Positions 1-12,570 of a stretch of 64,000 nucleotides of DNA are shown here, piece after piece; position 1 is the first letter of the stretch; every line of letters begins with the position of its first letter. The position numbers and the translations under genes are program-made. Below the pieces are notes generated by a model. The model saw nothing but the letters and a program-made list of their open reading frames with translations, was not told the origin of the DNA and did no database searches. The stretch is taken from NCBI GenBank assembly GCA_951406725.2, contig OX597814.1:79050001-79114000 (forward strand). The letters run 5' to 3'. The stretch is from Octopus vulgaris. Lineage: Eukaryota.

Positions 1-225
1 AGCTATGTGAGCTGAAGTAATATAGAACATAGGAAGTCTACCACAAATTTGAACTAAAACTTCACTAGGCCATTTTGCTTTTAATAAGAAAAGCTTCAAA
101 GTTACACATTCTCATTTTCCTTTTTCAAATGTGAGGTTGTATAAACAAGTGTTTCAGTGTGTTTCAGGATAGAACAATTTATTCTATTATTATTTTTTTT
201 ACTTCATCTCAATAGACAAAGCATT

Positions 226-430
226 TGTGAGCTGGCAGTATCTTAGTGAGTTAAACAAAATGGCTTACAGCATTTCTTCCAGATCTCTACATTCTGCGCT
301 TGAATTCCAGTGGGGTCATCTTTGCCTTTCATCCTATTATGGTTGATAAAAGTACCTGTTAAGCACAGGGGTTGAAGTAATCAACTTGCCTTTCCTCTCA
401 AAACTGCTGACCATATGCTCAAATTAAAAA
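226..430 (+). mobile_element. SINE family C (GAGCTGGCAGAATCGTTAGC head ... CCAAAATTTGAAAC tail), decayed
   Basis: Colinear similarity to copies at 11266-11465, 35620-36060, 36355-36540 and 47950-48225. Confidence 0.75.
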
Positions 431-3029
431 GGAAATTTACTTTTATTTTGATTGGTTTAAATTCTAGCCATCTTTGAGTGTCTTAATCCTGAATATCTGC
501 ATAGTAGTGAACTGGGTTCAAACTAAAAATCTTTATTCATAAATGAAAGATAACATTTTTATCAACTAGTCCACTGAGGCATACACAACTAATGTCATAT
601 TTTTAGGTTATTCAAATTTATCATTTTGTAAAAGGGAGCCATACTGTGTTCATGTCAACCCTAAGCTTATTGACTGGCTCATCAGCAAGTATTAAATGCA
701 TTGCCACCTTGATTTTTCTAAGTTTTCACTTTGGTTTTCTATCAATTATGGAAATTTAATTCCATAGCAGTTTATGATTACCGTTTTCTGTCATAATTGC
801 GCTGGCCATTCCTAACTTTGAGGTTTCACCTCTCATTAAGGCTTTTTTTATATACCTTTATTCTAATTTTTAAGGGATTCCCAATTTCTCCTTTAGAATA
901 CTTTCTGTAAATGTACAGGGTATTATAGAAACTATTCTAACGCTTTCACCATTCCTGAGTAGGTTCAACTTCAGTGAGGTATCTGAGAAGTGGGGTACTA
1001 ATATTGAACAGATTTCTGATGCTATATATGCTAAAGACTCTTTGAATTTTCTGAGAGAAAACTTTGTTGCAGGCAGAAACACCTTGGAGTTTGGTTTAAT
1101 ATATTTTATATCTTTAACACACCACGTATTTGTGGGAGGTCATATAAAAGCAAAACTGGTAGGTTCTTAACGTCAGAATATCATCAAAATCCCTAAAGAG
1201 AGGAGGAACATCTTTACCAATTCTATGCTATCAAAGTGAGATTTAAAAAGCATTTCTATTTATATTGTAGTAGAAGTATAATATTCATTAAAGTGAAACT
1301 AGAGGGATGAAAAGTAAGATCAACTAGCAAGATTTGAACTCAGCAAATAATAGATAAAAATGATGATGATAGCTATCTATTGCTATCAGTGTTACAATTT
1401 GACTTCAGTTTGTATGGTGATGATAGTAGCAAGAAATTTGTATTTTGGAACTAAGCTGCATATTTGTATTGAAGGGTTACAATTGATCAGTATCATTCTT
1501 GTGAATTACTGGTATTAATTTTATCAACACTGGAGGAATGAAGCTAAAGCTAGCAGGATTTTTGACTCAACAACAGAGAGCATTGGAACTAAATACAGAA
1601 AGGTAGTTTATCATTTTTTCTCTTTTTTTTACCCAAAGAAGTGTTTCAACAAAAATGTTGGAATTTACATGTTTGCCATGGTATACAAACTTATTCATAT
1701 TTGCAAATTTAACCTGACAACCATTTCTGCCAACTCACCAAGGTTCAATTATCTTTGTAACAGGTGCATGTCTTCTGTATAAATACAGCAATTGTTTTTA
1801 AACAGATGGGGGAGGGGGAAGAGAAAGGAAAAAAATCACTTTATCATTCCATCATGGAGAAGTCTTCAGCTTCCCCATACACATTTTTCTACGCACCACT
1901 GGGTTTTTATGTTTTCTTTGTCACAGTTCTCAGTGTCATATTACAGATTAATAGTCTATTTACTAAAGTGGGGGAGTAATCCTTGAATGCTTTATATACA
2001 GGTTGTTTTCCTTTTTCTTTTCTACTTTCAAACTTTATTTTTATCCCCCTTTTGTCACATTAAATATAATCAACAAGAGGCCCTACTGCTAATTGGTTTA
2101 TTGTTTCCTTGAGAACACTATTCACTAGAGCATTGGTTGTGTGTGAGTGGGTACTACATCCCCTTAAGGGTTCCTTCTACCATGAACTACAATTGATTTC
2201 TAAGTTTGACATTAAGTCACAAGAGAGTAGAAAAGGAACTGAACTGACTTAATTCCTTTCATTTGAATATCGGTATTCATTTTATTGATCTGAAGGGTTC
2301 AAAGGCAAAATCACCCAAGTACCTTTTCCTGCTACCCTTGTGGCTCATGACTTATAATTGAAAATACACATTGATGTGTAATTGTCCTCCTTTTCCTGTT
2401 GAATGTGTATTTTCCTAAAAATCTTCTCATAGCCATAATGAAGCTTTTAACTTTAATTTTTGTATCCTGACAGAGTTATATTTATCATCTCCCTCTGCAC
2501 ACATTAGATGAACGGAATTATTGGGATTCATTAATTTATCTCCATATTCCATACATAACAGAATCAATATATTTGTTTATCTATTTGAATCAGAGACTGG
2601 TTCTCTCTAACGTCTGGGTTCAAAAGCATTCTGATGGTTTGGTTCATAGGTTGACTGGGCAACACACTAAAGAGATCGGTAGTTTGTGTCAAGTGACTGA
2701 CACTGTGTTACATCATTAAGTCAGTTGATATAACACTTAACTCTCAATAGTCATCACCTAGTTGTAAGTGCTAAAGAGTAAGATGCATAATTTAAAGCAA
2801 TAATTCACAACAATATTACTACAAAACTAGTGTTCAGTTGCCCAACAGTGTTCTGTGTCTCCTAAGAGGAAAATAAGTGCCCTAAGAAATGGGAGATATA
2901 GCTCATTATATCATCTATTCAGTGTTAAAGAAACTGGAGATAAACAACAATAATGTAGATTGAGTAAGTAGCTGCTCCTGCTGCCCTTTCCTTGGGTTTT
3001 GTAGTTTAGTGAGCTGCATGGTGGCTTCA

Positions 3030-3200
3030 CTAGAGCCAGTGGCACAAAAAGTGCACCATGTATATGCTGTAGAATGGTTGATGTTAAGAGGGTGTTAACT
3101 ACAGAAACCATGCCAAAGAAGACACTGGAGTATGATTCAGTCCTTGAACTGATCTGTTGAACTGTCCAGCCCATGCCAGCATGGAACATGGGTGTTAAAT
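3030..3200 (+). mobile_element. RTE LINE 3'-end fragment or RTE-tailed SINE
   Basis: AACTGTCCAGCCCATGCCAGCATGGAAC...GTTAAAT matches the reverse complement of the RTE 3' terminus at 32075-32120. Confidence 0.65.
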
Positions 3201-3214
3201 AATCTACTATAGGG

Positions 3215-3345
3215 ATAAGGCCTGAAAATTTTGCTGAGGGAACAAGTTGATTACAGTGACCCCAGTGCTTCACTGGTACTTATTTTTATTGACCCTGAAA
3301 AGATGAAAAGCAAAGTTGATCTCAGGGATATTAGAACTCAGACAA
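3215..3345 (-). mobile_element. SINE family C fragment
   Basis: CCCCAGTGCTTCACTGGTACTTATTTTTATTGACCC...GAACTCAG is the reverse complement of the family C body. Confidence 0.7.
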
Positions 3346-4119
3346 CTTGCTGTGATGATGTCACAAACATATAAAAATATTTTGTGTTGCATTTCTGTGT
3401 CTACATATACACACAAGAAAATGCTATTTATTTTCTAATTAGTAATCTAAAAAGAAAATATTATTGTATTTTTTTACAGTAACAAACTGCTACTTTCTTC
3501 TTAGCTTGTTGATGATTTGTTTAGATGCACAGTTTCTTATTCTCACTCCATCTCACTCTCTTTAGCACAGAAATCATTTTTGCATGTCTTGACTTTTAAC
3601 ATTTTAAATTGTTCAGATTTATTAGTATTCCTATATCTTTTGAAACTGGCTTCTTTAAACTAAATAAAAAGAAGGATTAGATAGATGGTTGACAGCCAAC
3701 AAGTTTCACAGTGTTATATGCAACAGAAATGTTAAAGATGTAAGCAGTGCTTTATATCTAGGCCTTTAGTGAGTGTAGTAAAATCAGTCAAAATATCTTT
3801 TAGTGTTCCTTTATATTTTGAGTTAAAATCAGTCAAATTTTATATCCTTTTATCTGCCCATCACTTCTCAATCACAGGGGCCTTAGTTCTATCCTACAGT
3901 GTGATACTTTGAGAAAATATCAATTGCACCATAGAATACTTTGAATCACAAGCAATCCCTCAGTTTCACAAGTAGAGCAAGCAAATATTTCCAAAGCCTT
4001 GATTTAACTTTGGTCATAACTTAGCAGTTCAGCTAAAGAAACTGATACCAGGTTTAAAAAACAAAGTATTGGGATTGATTTGTTTGATTAAAATTCTTGA
4101 AGGTGGTGTCCCAGCATAA

Positions 4120-4176
<57 letters not shown>

Positions 4177-4732
4177 CATATATATCTATACATTTATATG
4201 TACATATATAGTGCATATATACATACATACATATATCATATATAATGTATGAGTTTCTTAGCAATATATTTTTATATCTATATAATTATGTACACTTAAA
4301 CTGATACACACATCCATATTCTTCCTCTACATATACAGAGACAGGCAGCGGCACCATCAGCACCACCATGATGATGATCATCATCATCATCCACGTAATA
4401 TATTTCTTATTTCTAGTTAAGACTGAAATGAATGTCTTGTGTGGCAAACAATTCAGAGAAAAGCATAGTAAAATCCTTCATAATAACTCATTTAAATTTT
4501 CATTTATGAAAGAATAGACACTCAATAATATATATGGACACTAAACAATACCCACCAAAAATTGAAATTGCTCCAATTCAATTTTTAACAAAGACTACAT
4601 AATAACATACATTCACAATTAATGTGGTCACACACACACGCATGCACCTCCCCACGCACACACATTTACACATATACATACACACAGAAATGATTCTTTA
4701 AAAGTGTGCCCATGTGTGTATAAAAATATATA

Positions 4733-5085
4733 TGGCTCTGGTAAGAAGTGACTAGGTGATATGAAGTTTGCTTCCCAACCACATGGTTCCAGGTTCAGTC
4801 CCACAGTATGGCAGTTTAGGCAAGTGTCTTCTATTATAGTGCTGTGTCGACCAAAGCTTTGTGAGTGGATTTGGTAGATGGAAACAAAAAGAAGCCTGAC
4901 ATAAACGTGTGTATGTGCATTTGTCTAGTATTGGTTTGTTATGTCTTTGTAACCTAGCAGTTCAGCAAAGTTGGTGGATAGAATATGCACCAGGTTTTAA
5001 AAAAATAAGTCCTGAGAATGATTTGTTCAACTAAATCTTACAGGGCAGTGTACCAGCTTGGATGTATTCCAAAGACTGAAACAAA
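4733..5085 (+). mobile_element. SINE family A (tRNA-derived head, internal TA/TG microsatellite)
   Basis: TTGCTTCCCAACCACATGGTTCCAGGTTCAGTCCCAC...GTGAGTGGATTTGGTAGA; matches the best-preserved copy at 56256-56638. Confidence 0.85.
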
Positions 5086-5088
5086 ATC

Positions 5089-5395
5089 AGGTGTAGTAGT
5101 TAGGGTATTTGGCTCAGAATCGTAAGGCCATGAGTTCAATTTCAGGCAGCATGTTGTGTCCTTGAACAAGACACTTTATTTCACATTGCTCCAGTTCACC
5201 CAACTGGCAAAAATGAGCAGTACCTGTATTTCAAAGGGCCAGTTTTGTCACGCTCTGTGTCATGCTGAATCTCCTTGAGAACTATGTTAAAGATATGCAT
5301 GTCTGCGGAGTGCTCAGCTACTTGCATGTTAAGTATCAGAAGCAGGTTGACTGGATGAACTGGAACCCTCATCATCGTAACCAACAGACTGCCAG
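5089..5395 (+). mobile_element. SINE family B (tRNA-derived)
   Basis: A/B-box-like head (TAGTAGTTAGGG...GAGTTCAATTTC); body shared with 9659-9975, 10278-10540 and 42042-42360. Confidence 0.85.
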
Positions 5396-5405
5396 TTATA
5401 TATAT

Positions 5406-5680
5406 AACTGGCACTCTGTTGGTTCTGATGACCAGGGTTCCAGTTGATCCAATCAATGGAACAGCCTGCATGTTAAATTAATGTGCAAGTGCCTGAGCAT
5501 ACCATGGACACGTGTACCCTTAATATAGTTCTCAGGGAGATTCAGTGTGACACAGTGTATGACAAAGCTGCTCCTTCGAAATGTGAAATGAAGTGTCTTG
5601 CTCAAGGGCAAAATGCATTGTCAGCAATTCAACTTACAACCTCATGATTGTGAGCTGAATACCTTAACCACGCATCTTTA
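5406..5680 (-). mobile_element. SINE family B, inverted and tail-to-tail with the preceding copy
   Basis: Reverse-complement similarity to 5089-5395 around the palindromic centre TGCCAGTTATATATATAACTGGCA. Confidence 0.85.
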
Positions 5681-5860
5681 CAATTATATAATTATACATA
5701 TGTATATATATAAGTAGTTGAATGAATTATCCTAGTATGGATAATTTGGTTAACCGATACCTGGGTAGCAAATTCACGTCAGAAAAACACGGTTGAAGCT
5801 ACATGCCAAGGGCAGAGATCACGTGCTTTCGTGTGGAAATTTGTGTGTTTTTTAATACAA

Positions 5861-5937
5861 ATAAATGAAAGAATGGAGTTGAACGACGATTTAAAAAATT
5901 TTGTTAAATCGTCGTTCAACTCCATTCTTTCATTTAT
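5861..5937. repeat. Near-perfect 77-bp palindrome (34-bp perfect arms)
   Basis: ATAAATGAAAGAATGGAGTTGAACGACGATTTAA-aaaattttg-TTAAATCGTCGTTCAACTCCATTCTTTCATTTAT. Confidence 0.95.
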
Positions 5938-5940
5938 ATG

Positions 5941-5982
<42 letters not shown>

Positions 5983-6252
5983 CATATACATGTATATATA
6001 TATACATATATATGGTGTGTTATGAGAATTTATGGAAAGGTATCCCATAGAAACTCAACAAATGTGTTAATATGGAAGAGAAATATAAATGGAGTAAAGG
6101 AAGAGAAAAATATAGATCGTGGCAAGTGCTAAAGCATATCCTTGAGGTTCAAATGCCATATTATAAGTAGCAGTGTATTGTGAAGGAAGTGCAGAGGGGG
6201 AGGAGAGAGTTGCAAAAACCTGGGTATATATAGGGTTAGGGTGCTACCAAAC

Positions 6253-6670
6253 AGCAATGATACAGAGGAACAAGGTCATGAGGTCAGGATAGGGGAGTGA
6301 GAACTAGGCATAGTGTATGAAGCAGGAAATGTGAGGAAGAGAAGAGATGTAGAGATGTAGATTGGTTTGTTGAGGTAGGGTGAGTGAAAAGCATTCTTGT
6401 TACATGTGGGTGGAACACACAGGTCAGGGGCTAGCAGAAAGCAATAATAAAGTGAGACAGGTTGTGTAGGTGAAACACACCGGTCAGATGATAGCAGAGA
6501 GCAATGATACAGTGGCACAAGGCCAAGAGAACAGGATTGGAGACTGGGAGAAAAGCATAGTGCATGAACTGGAAATGTGAGGAAGAGAAGAGATGCAGAG
6601 ATGTAGTTTGGTTTGTTGTGGTAGGGTGTGTGAGTAGTTTCCTTGTTAAGTGTGGGTGGGATGCACAACA
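6253..6670. repeat. Diverged direct duplication (about 170-bp core, about 245-bp period)
   Basis: GCAATGATACAG...GGAAATGTGAGGAAGAGAAGAGATG.AGAGATGTAG.TTGGTTTGTTG occurs near 6255 and near 6501. Confidence 0.8.
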
Positions 6671-6686
6671 CTTCTAGAACTCAGTT

Positions 6687-6770
6687 TCATTGATGTGGGC
6701 AGGTCTTCTCTAGAACTTCATATTGCCAGACATCTCGGTCCATTGTCATTTCTTTTGTGAGGCTCAACAC
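6687..6770 (-). mobile_element. RTE LINE ORF C-terminal fragment
   Basis: LSLTKEMTMDRDVWQYEVLEKT aligns to LGLTMEMTRDRDLWKYAVREKT of the RTE ORF at 32864-33526. Confidence 0.7.
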
Positions 6771-6792
6771 ACATACATAAAATGTACATATA

Positions 6793-7400
<608 letters not shown>

Positions 7401-7907
7401 ACTTATGTACATCTATTTTTCTATATATCACATATATTTATAGACATGTCTACATTTTTATCAATGTATATATAATAAATATCTGTATATATACACACAA
7501 ACATACAAATATACTTACTTATATATACGTATATACATACATACACACACACATGCATACGTATACACATAGAAACACACACACATACATATAGATGACA
7601 GCATTAAAAATATAAAACATCTCTGACTTTTTGTATTAAACATAACCCCATTTATCACAGTAACGTTAGAATTGAATGACAGTAATGAAACAAATATCTG
7701 AAACAGACTTCCAGAATCTGTTCAGAACCCACCCTGATGGCTACCCTTCACCTTGCTACTGATTTTAATATGTATCTTTCTATCACCACAAACAGATGCA
7801 TCATTGAGAAATCTAAATTATGGATATTTTAATAGCTAATTTTCATGAAATTACAGGTTGTCAAACTTTGGAAAGAAACATTCATTCTGCAAAAAGGTTT
7901 TGTTTAT

Positions 7908-7939
<32 letters not shown>

Positions 7940-8233
7940 CAAATATATATATGTATTAAACACAGACTGCATTTTTTCCTGTATATATATCATACATACA
8001 AATAATGAAATGGTAATATAATTCTATGCCTGAGAATTCTTGGTTGAATGAAATTTCAAGAAAAATTTATTGAGATAAGTTTATTAGCAAAATTTATAGA
8101 ATGATGGTGAAAAAATTTATATATGCACACATACACATGTACTATAATTATTATTATGATTATTATCATTATTATTATTATACATAATCATATATATACA
8201 TACATACACACATATATACACACACATACAGTC

Positions 8234-8276
<43 letters not shown>

Positions 8277-8845
8277 AAGAAATAAAAATGTAAATGAGTA
8301 GTATAAGATATGGATTCAGAGAATCATGCAGCTATCATAGTAAGCTCCTTTTACAGACTTGGTTATCAGTTCACATAGTAATCAATTATGAAGTAGTGCA
8401 ATGTAAAGTGTTCTTGTAATTGAAAATTCAGAAAATACAAGCAATAAAATTGTTCTGTGAGGAATATATAAAAACAAAATCAGAATGTATGAAAATTTGC
8501 TTAAGGTAAGCATGAAAAAAGGTGGGGTTTCTTCAAAAACACCTACTCTTTGCTTTACTTGTCTCCTGAACTGGTGGTGATGACAAGCATTGCTTTCCCA
8601 ACTAACCTTCTCTAGAAGGTTACACAACAGAAATTGTGAGGTATAATACACCTATATTTTGGGCTTCTTGCACAATTTATCCTATTAATCAATTCTTCAT
8701 CTGCTGTCTGTCTGCCACTCTACCTATTCATCTCTTTATCATTGATTCAACTCCCACTAATCCTCTTTCTTTTGTTTCAGAATACCATACAGCTTGTGTA
8801 ACTAGTCAGCTTACTGACACACTCTCTGTATTCTATTGCCTGAAT

Positions 8846-9585
8846 AACTAGAAAAGCACTCAGAGAGCACAGACCTCTGCCAAGCAGCTCATTTCCACCC
8901 ATATACATGCATGCTGAAAATCACCCAATTTCCTAAACCAACGCCAGCGAAAACACAACCTCCTTGGCAGGGATAAAAAAAAAATAACACGGCCATATGA
9001 TTTTAAGGAAAAAAAACCCCTCTAAAAACAGCAATCATCTGAAGCAGTTCACAACTAACATCATCAGCAGCTTTGTCATTGCTTCCACTTCAACCACATT
9101 CACTGCCATCAATGTTATCACGACGGTTACCTTGACAGTCACTTTCACCACCATAACCAGTATAATCACTACAATACCACCCTCACACAACTAACACTAT
9201 CACCAACACCACTATTATCAGCATCACACATTACACTGCTCCTGTCGCCATTATAACCACGGATACTATTTTATCCTCCTCTCATTCTTATCTCGACCAG
9301 CAATGCCACCATAGGTTACGTGGAAACGATGTGTTTTCAAGGGAGATAATCAAAGAACAAAATTGTAATACTTCATGTAAAGTAAAGATAACAAATGAAA
9401 AATCCTTCAAGAATCCATAAAACTTCCCAGATCACTACCAAAATTTCATCATCTGTTCCTTGTGTCATTAACAACATTTCCTGCAAATTTCATCAAATAC
9501 TGTTCAGAACTTTTTGAGTTATTTTGCACACAGACGGACAAACCAATGCCAATGAAAACATAACCTCCTTCCTTGGCAGAGGTAA
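8846..9585 (+). mobile_element. Helentron-associated (HINE/DINE-1-like) non-autonomous element, two 3' ends
   Basis: 5' AAAGCACTCAGAGAGCACAGACCTCTGCCAAG; the subterminal inverted repeat/hairpin AACCTCCTTGGCAG occurs near 8958 and again as CCTTGGCAGAGGTAA ending at 9585, preceded by an ACAGACGGACAAAC simple repeat. Confidence 0.6.
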
Positions 9586-9658
9586 TGAAGGATGGCACTG
9601 GAGATACCTGTACTCAATCCCTGTCACCATCATCACTGCCATTCTACACCATTGTCAC

Positions 9659-9975
9659 TGGCACTCTGTTGGTTATGACAATGAAGGTTCCAGTTGATAA
9701 AATAAATTGAACAGCCTGCTTGTGAAATTAATGTGAAAGTGGTTGAGCACCCAACAGACATGTGTACTCTTAACACAGTTCTCAGGGTGATTCAACATGA
9801 CACAGAGTGTGACAAGGCTCTTTGAAATACATGTACAGCTCATTTTTACCAGCTGAGTAGACTGGAGCAGTGTGAAATAAAGTGTCTTGCTCAATGACAC
9901 AATACATTGCTGGGAATCAAACTCATAATCTTGTGATCGTAAGCTGGATACCCTAACCACTAAGCCACATGCTTT
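9659..9975 (-). mobile_element. SINE family B
   Basis: Full-length reverse-complement match to 5089-5395. Confidence 0.85.
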
Positions 9976-10277
9976 TTACTCTACGTAATTGTACCTTTCA
10001 GAATAATGGGTGATGGTTCTGGGCCTGTCTGCTACCATCCTTATTGCTATGGCTATTTTGTATAGTATACATATTATCTTGAGAAATCATTATTTCTTAA
10101 GCCTTTATTGTACTACATTGCAACATTTGTTGAAAGAATGTTCAGTGTATTACATGGGAGGTAAATGAATCCTAATACTCTTTAATAAGGCTGGCAGATG
10201 GTTCCATTTTAAGGTGATGTAGTAGAGTCTTTCATGTGTTTTCTATAAGGATGGTATTTGCTAGTGTTTAAATTCCC

Positions 10278-10540
10278 AGAAGGTGCATGGTTTAGTGGTT
10301 AGGGTATTCAGCTCATGATTGTAAGGTTGTTGATTCAATTCCTGGTGGCATGTTGTGTCCCTGAGCAAAACATTTTTTATTTCTCATTGCTCCAGTCTAC
10401 TCACTAGGCAAAAACGAGAATTACATTAAGAGTACCTGTATCTGTGAAGTGTTCAGCCACTTTCATGTTAATTTCAAAGGAACGCTGTTCAGTTGATTGT
10501 ACCAAATGGAACACTCATTGTTGTAACTGAAGGAGATCCA
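10278..10540 (+). mobile_element. SINE family B (internal deletion)
   Basis: GAAGGTGCATGGTTTAGTGGTTAGGGTATTCAGCTC head and shared tail. Confidence 0.8.
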
Positions 10541-10627
10541 GGTCAAATTTACAGTAATGTTTGACAAAAAAAAGAAAAAAAGAAGAAAAGGACTATTTTA
10601 AAATTTGTATCTTATTTAATCTCTTAA

Positions 10628-10863
10628 CCCTTTGCCTGTCCCATTATTCACATGTGATACACTAGACATATTCCCCTAATGTCCATGAATCATAAAATAC
10701 ACACTCCTAATTTTGTTTTCAGTGACCAGAGTAATGTGGTACTTATGAAAGGAAAGCTTTATATTACTCAGAATGTATGAGACAAGCCGACTAAGTGTCT
10801 GAAAACAAGCATAGGTGTTTAAGGGTCAAACTTATAATTTTCATGCTTTGGATAGGTAAAGAG
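10628..10863. mobile_element. piggyBac-like MITE
   Basis: TTAA|CCCTTTGCCTGTCC ... GGATAGGTAAAGAG|TTAA (TIRs match at 11/14, TTAA TSD). Confidence 0.65.
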
Positions 10864-10997
10864 TTAAATCTAATTATGTAAACTGTTCATTTTCATTTAA
10901 AAATAGGTATCCATTCCACTTACAAGTTGGAGATTATCAAGAAAGAACATTAATTAGTGTGAAACCTCACACCAACATGTAATATTTTCATAATGCC

Positions 10998-11465
10998 ATA
11001 AGGTGATGAACTGGCAGAATCATTACTTATTTCTTTATTGCCCCAAGGGGCTAAACATAGAGGGGTCAAACAAGGACAGACAAAGGGATTAAGTCGATTA
11101 CATTGGCCCCAGCACGTAACTGGTAGTTAATTTATTGATCCTGAAAGGATGAAAGGCAAAGTTGACCTTGGCGGAATTTGAACTCAGAACATAATGGCCA
11201 ACGAAATACCGCTAAGCATTTTGCCCAATGTGCTAACGTTTCTGGCAGCTCGCCACCGTTCAAAAGCAGAATCATTACTGTGGTGAGCAAAATGCATAGC
11301 AGCATTTCATCTGTCTTTGCATTATGTGCTCAAATTCCACCTATGTTGAATTTGCCTTTCATCCTTTGTAGGGCAATAAAATAAGTACCAGTTGAGCATT
11401 GGAGTTGATGTAATCAACTTACTCCCTCCCCTGGACTTGCTGGCTTTGTGCCAAAATTTGAAATC
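10998..11465 (+). mobile_element. SINE family C with a related minus-strand SINE nested at 11028-11265
   Basis: Outer TSD AATATTTTCATAATGCC (10981-10997 / 11466-11482); inner TSD GCAGAATCATTACT (11014-11027 / 11266-11279). Confidence 0.9.
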
Positions 11466-11927
11466 AATATTTTCATAATGCCCCAGGAACAAACATCAAG
11501 TTCATATTAATTGAATCTGTAACTTATGAAGAATTTTATCTTAGTAAAATTCATAGTTGGCTGAAATTGTAGACACCAACGAGTTACAATGTATTCTTAA
11601 TATTCAATCACACATACACAAACACACACACAAAATTAATTTTTTATTATGAGGCCATACAGCTAAACCAGTAGAGTGGAATAGTATATATTAGGCAAAT
11701 CTGAAGACCAGTGTCTTCATTGGTTCAATAGTTCTTATCATGATGACACCTTTTAGAGTTTCACAGCTTACAGAGTATGCAGCACATTTTATCCTACATT
11801 GGATACTTTCAATATAGCTAATAACTAATAAACATAGAATATTAGTTTGTAGAACTTCACATATCACAAAATTAATATTTATCCAGAAAGGATAGAAATT
11901 TGATACACAAAGTGTATTTTAGAGGAG

Positions 11928-12570
11928 TAGGTGTGGTTGTGTGGTTAAGAAGCTCACTTTGCAAGTTTTAGGTTCAGTTTCACAGCACAGTACAGTGAAT
12001 GTGTATTTTTGCCTACTAAAGCTCCTGTCCAATGCCTTGTTAGTGAATTTGGCAAACAGAAACTATGCAAAAACAGCCTGTCAGATATATTTCTTTTATT
12101 TGTTCACCAATGAAGGCATGTAGCTTAGTGGTTAGGATGTTGGACTCATGACTGAAAGACTGTGGTTTCAATTTCTGGAGTGGGTGATGTATTGTGCTCT
12201 TGAGCAAAATACTTCATTTCATATCGCTCTAGTCCACTCAGCTGGCAAAAAGGAGTAATCCTGTGACAGTCCAGTGTCTTGTCCAGCGGAGAGTATTATA
12301 TGCCATAATATCCAGGAAACCACCAATGAGTCTCTATGATTAGGAAAGGAACTTTATCTTTTATCTATCTATTCATTTAAGTGAGTGTGTGCGTGTTTGA
12401 TCAACCAAACCATTTGACAAATGGTGGTTGGTTTCTTTAAACTCCTATAACTTATAAGCTTGGCAAAAAGAAACTGATAGATTAAGTACCATATTCAACA
12501 AGTACCAGGGTCAATTTAAGGTGGTGCCCCAAATATTGCTGCAGGCCAATGACTTAAACCAGTAAAAAAG
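11928..12570 (+). mobile_element. Old SINE A interrupted by a B-type-head SINE (12112-12360)
   Basis: A head 11928-12090, B-type head from 12112, A tail resumes at about 12380. Confidence 0.7.

Noticed and set aside
5765-5845. Circularly permuted (type II) hammerhead on the minus strand
   Set aside because: CAC-GAAA and CTGAC-GTG are present, but the core lacks G8/A9 and stem I cannot pair.
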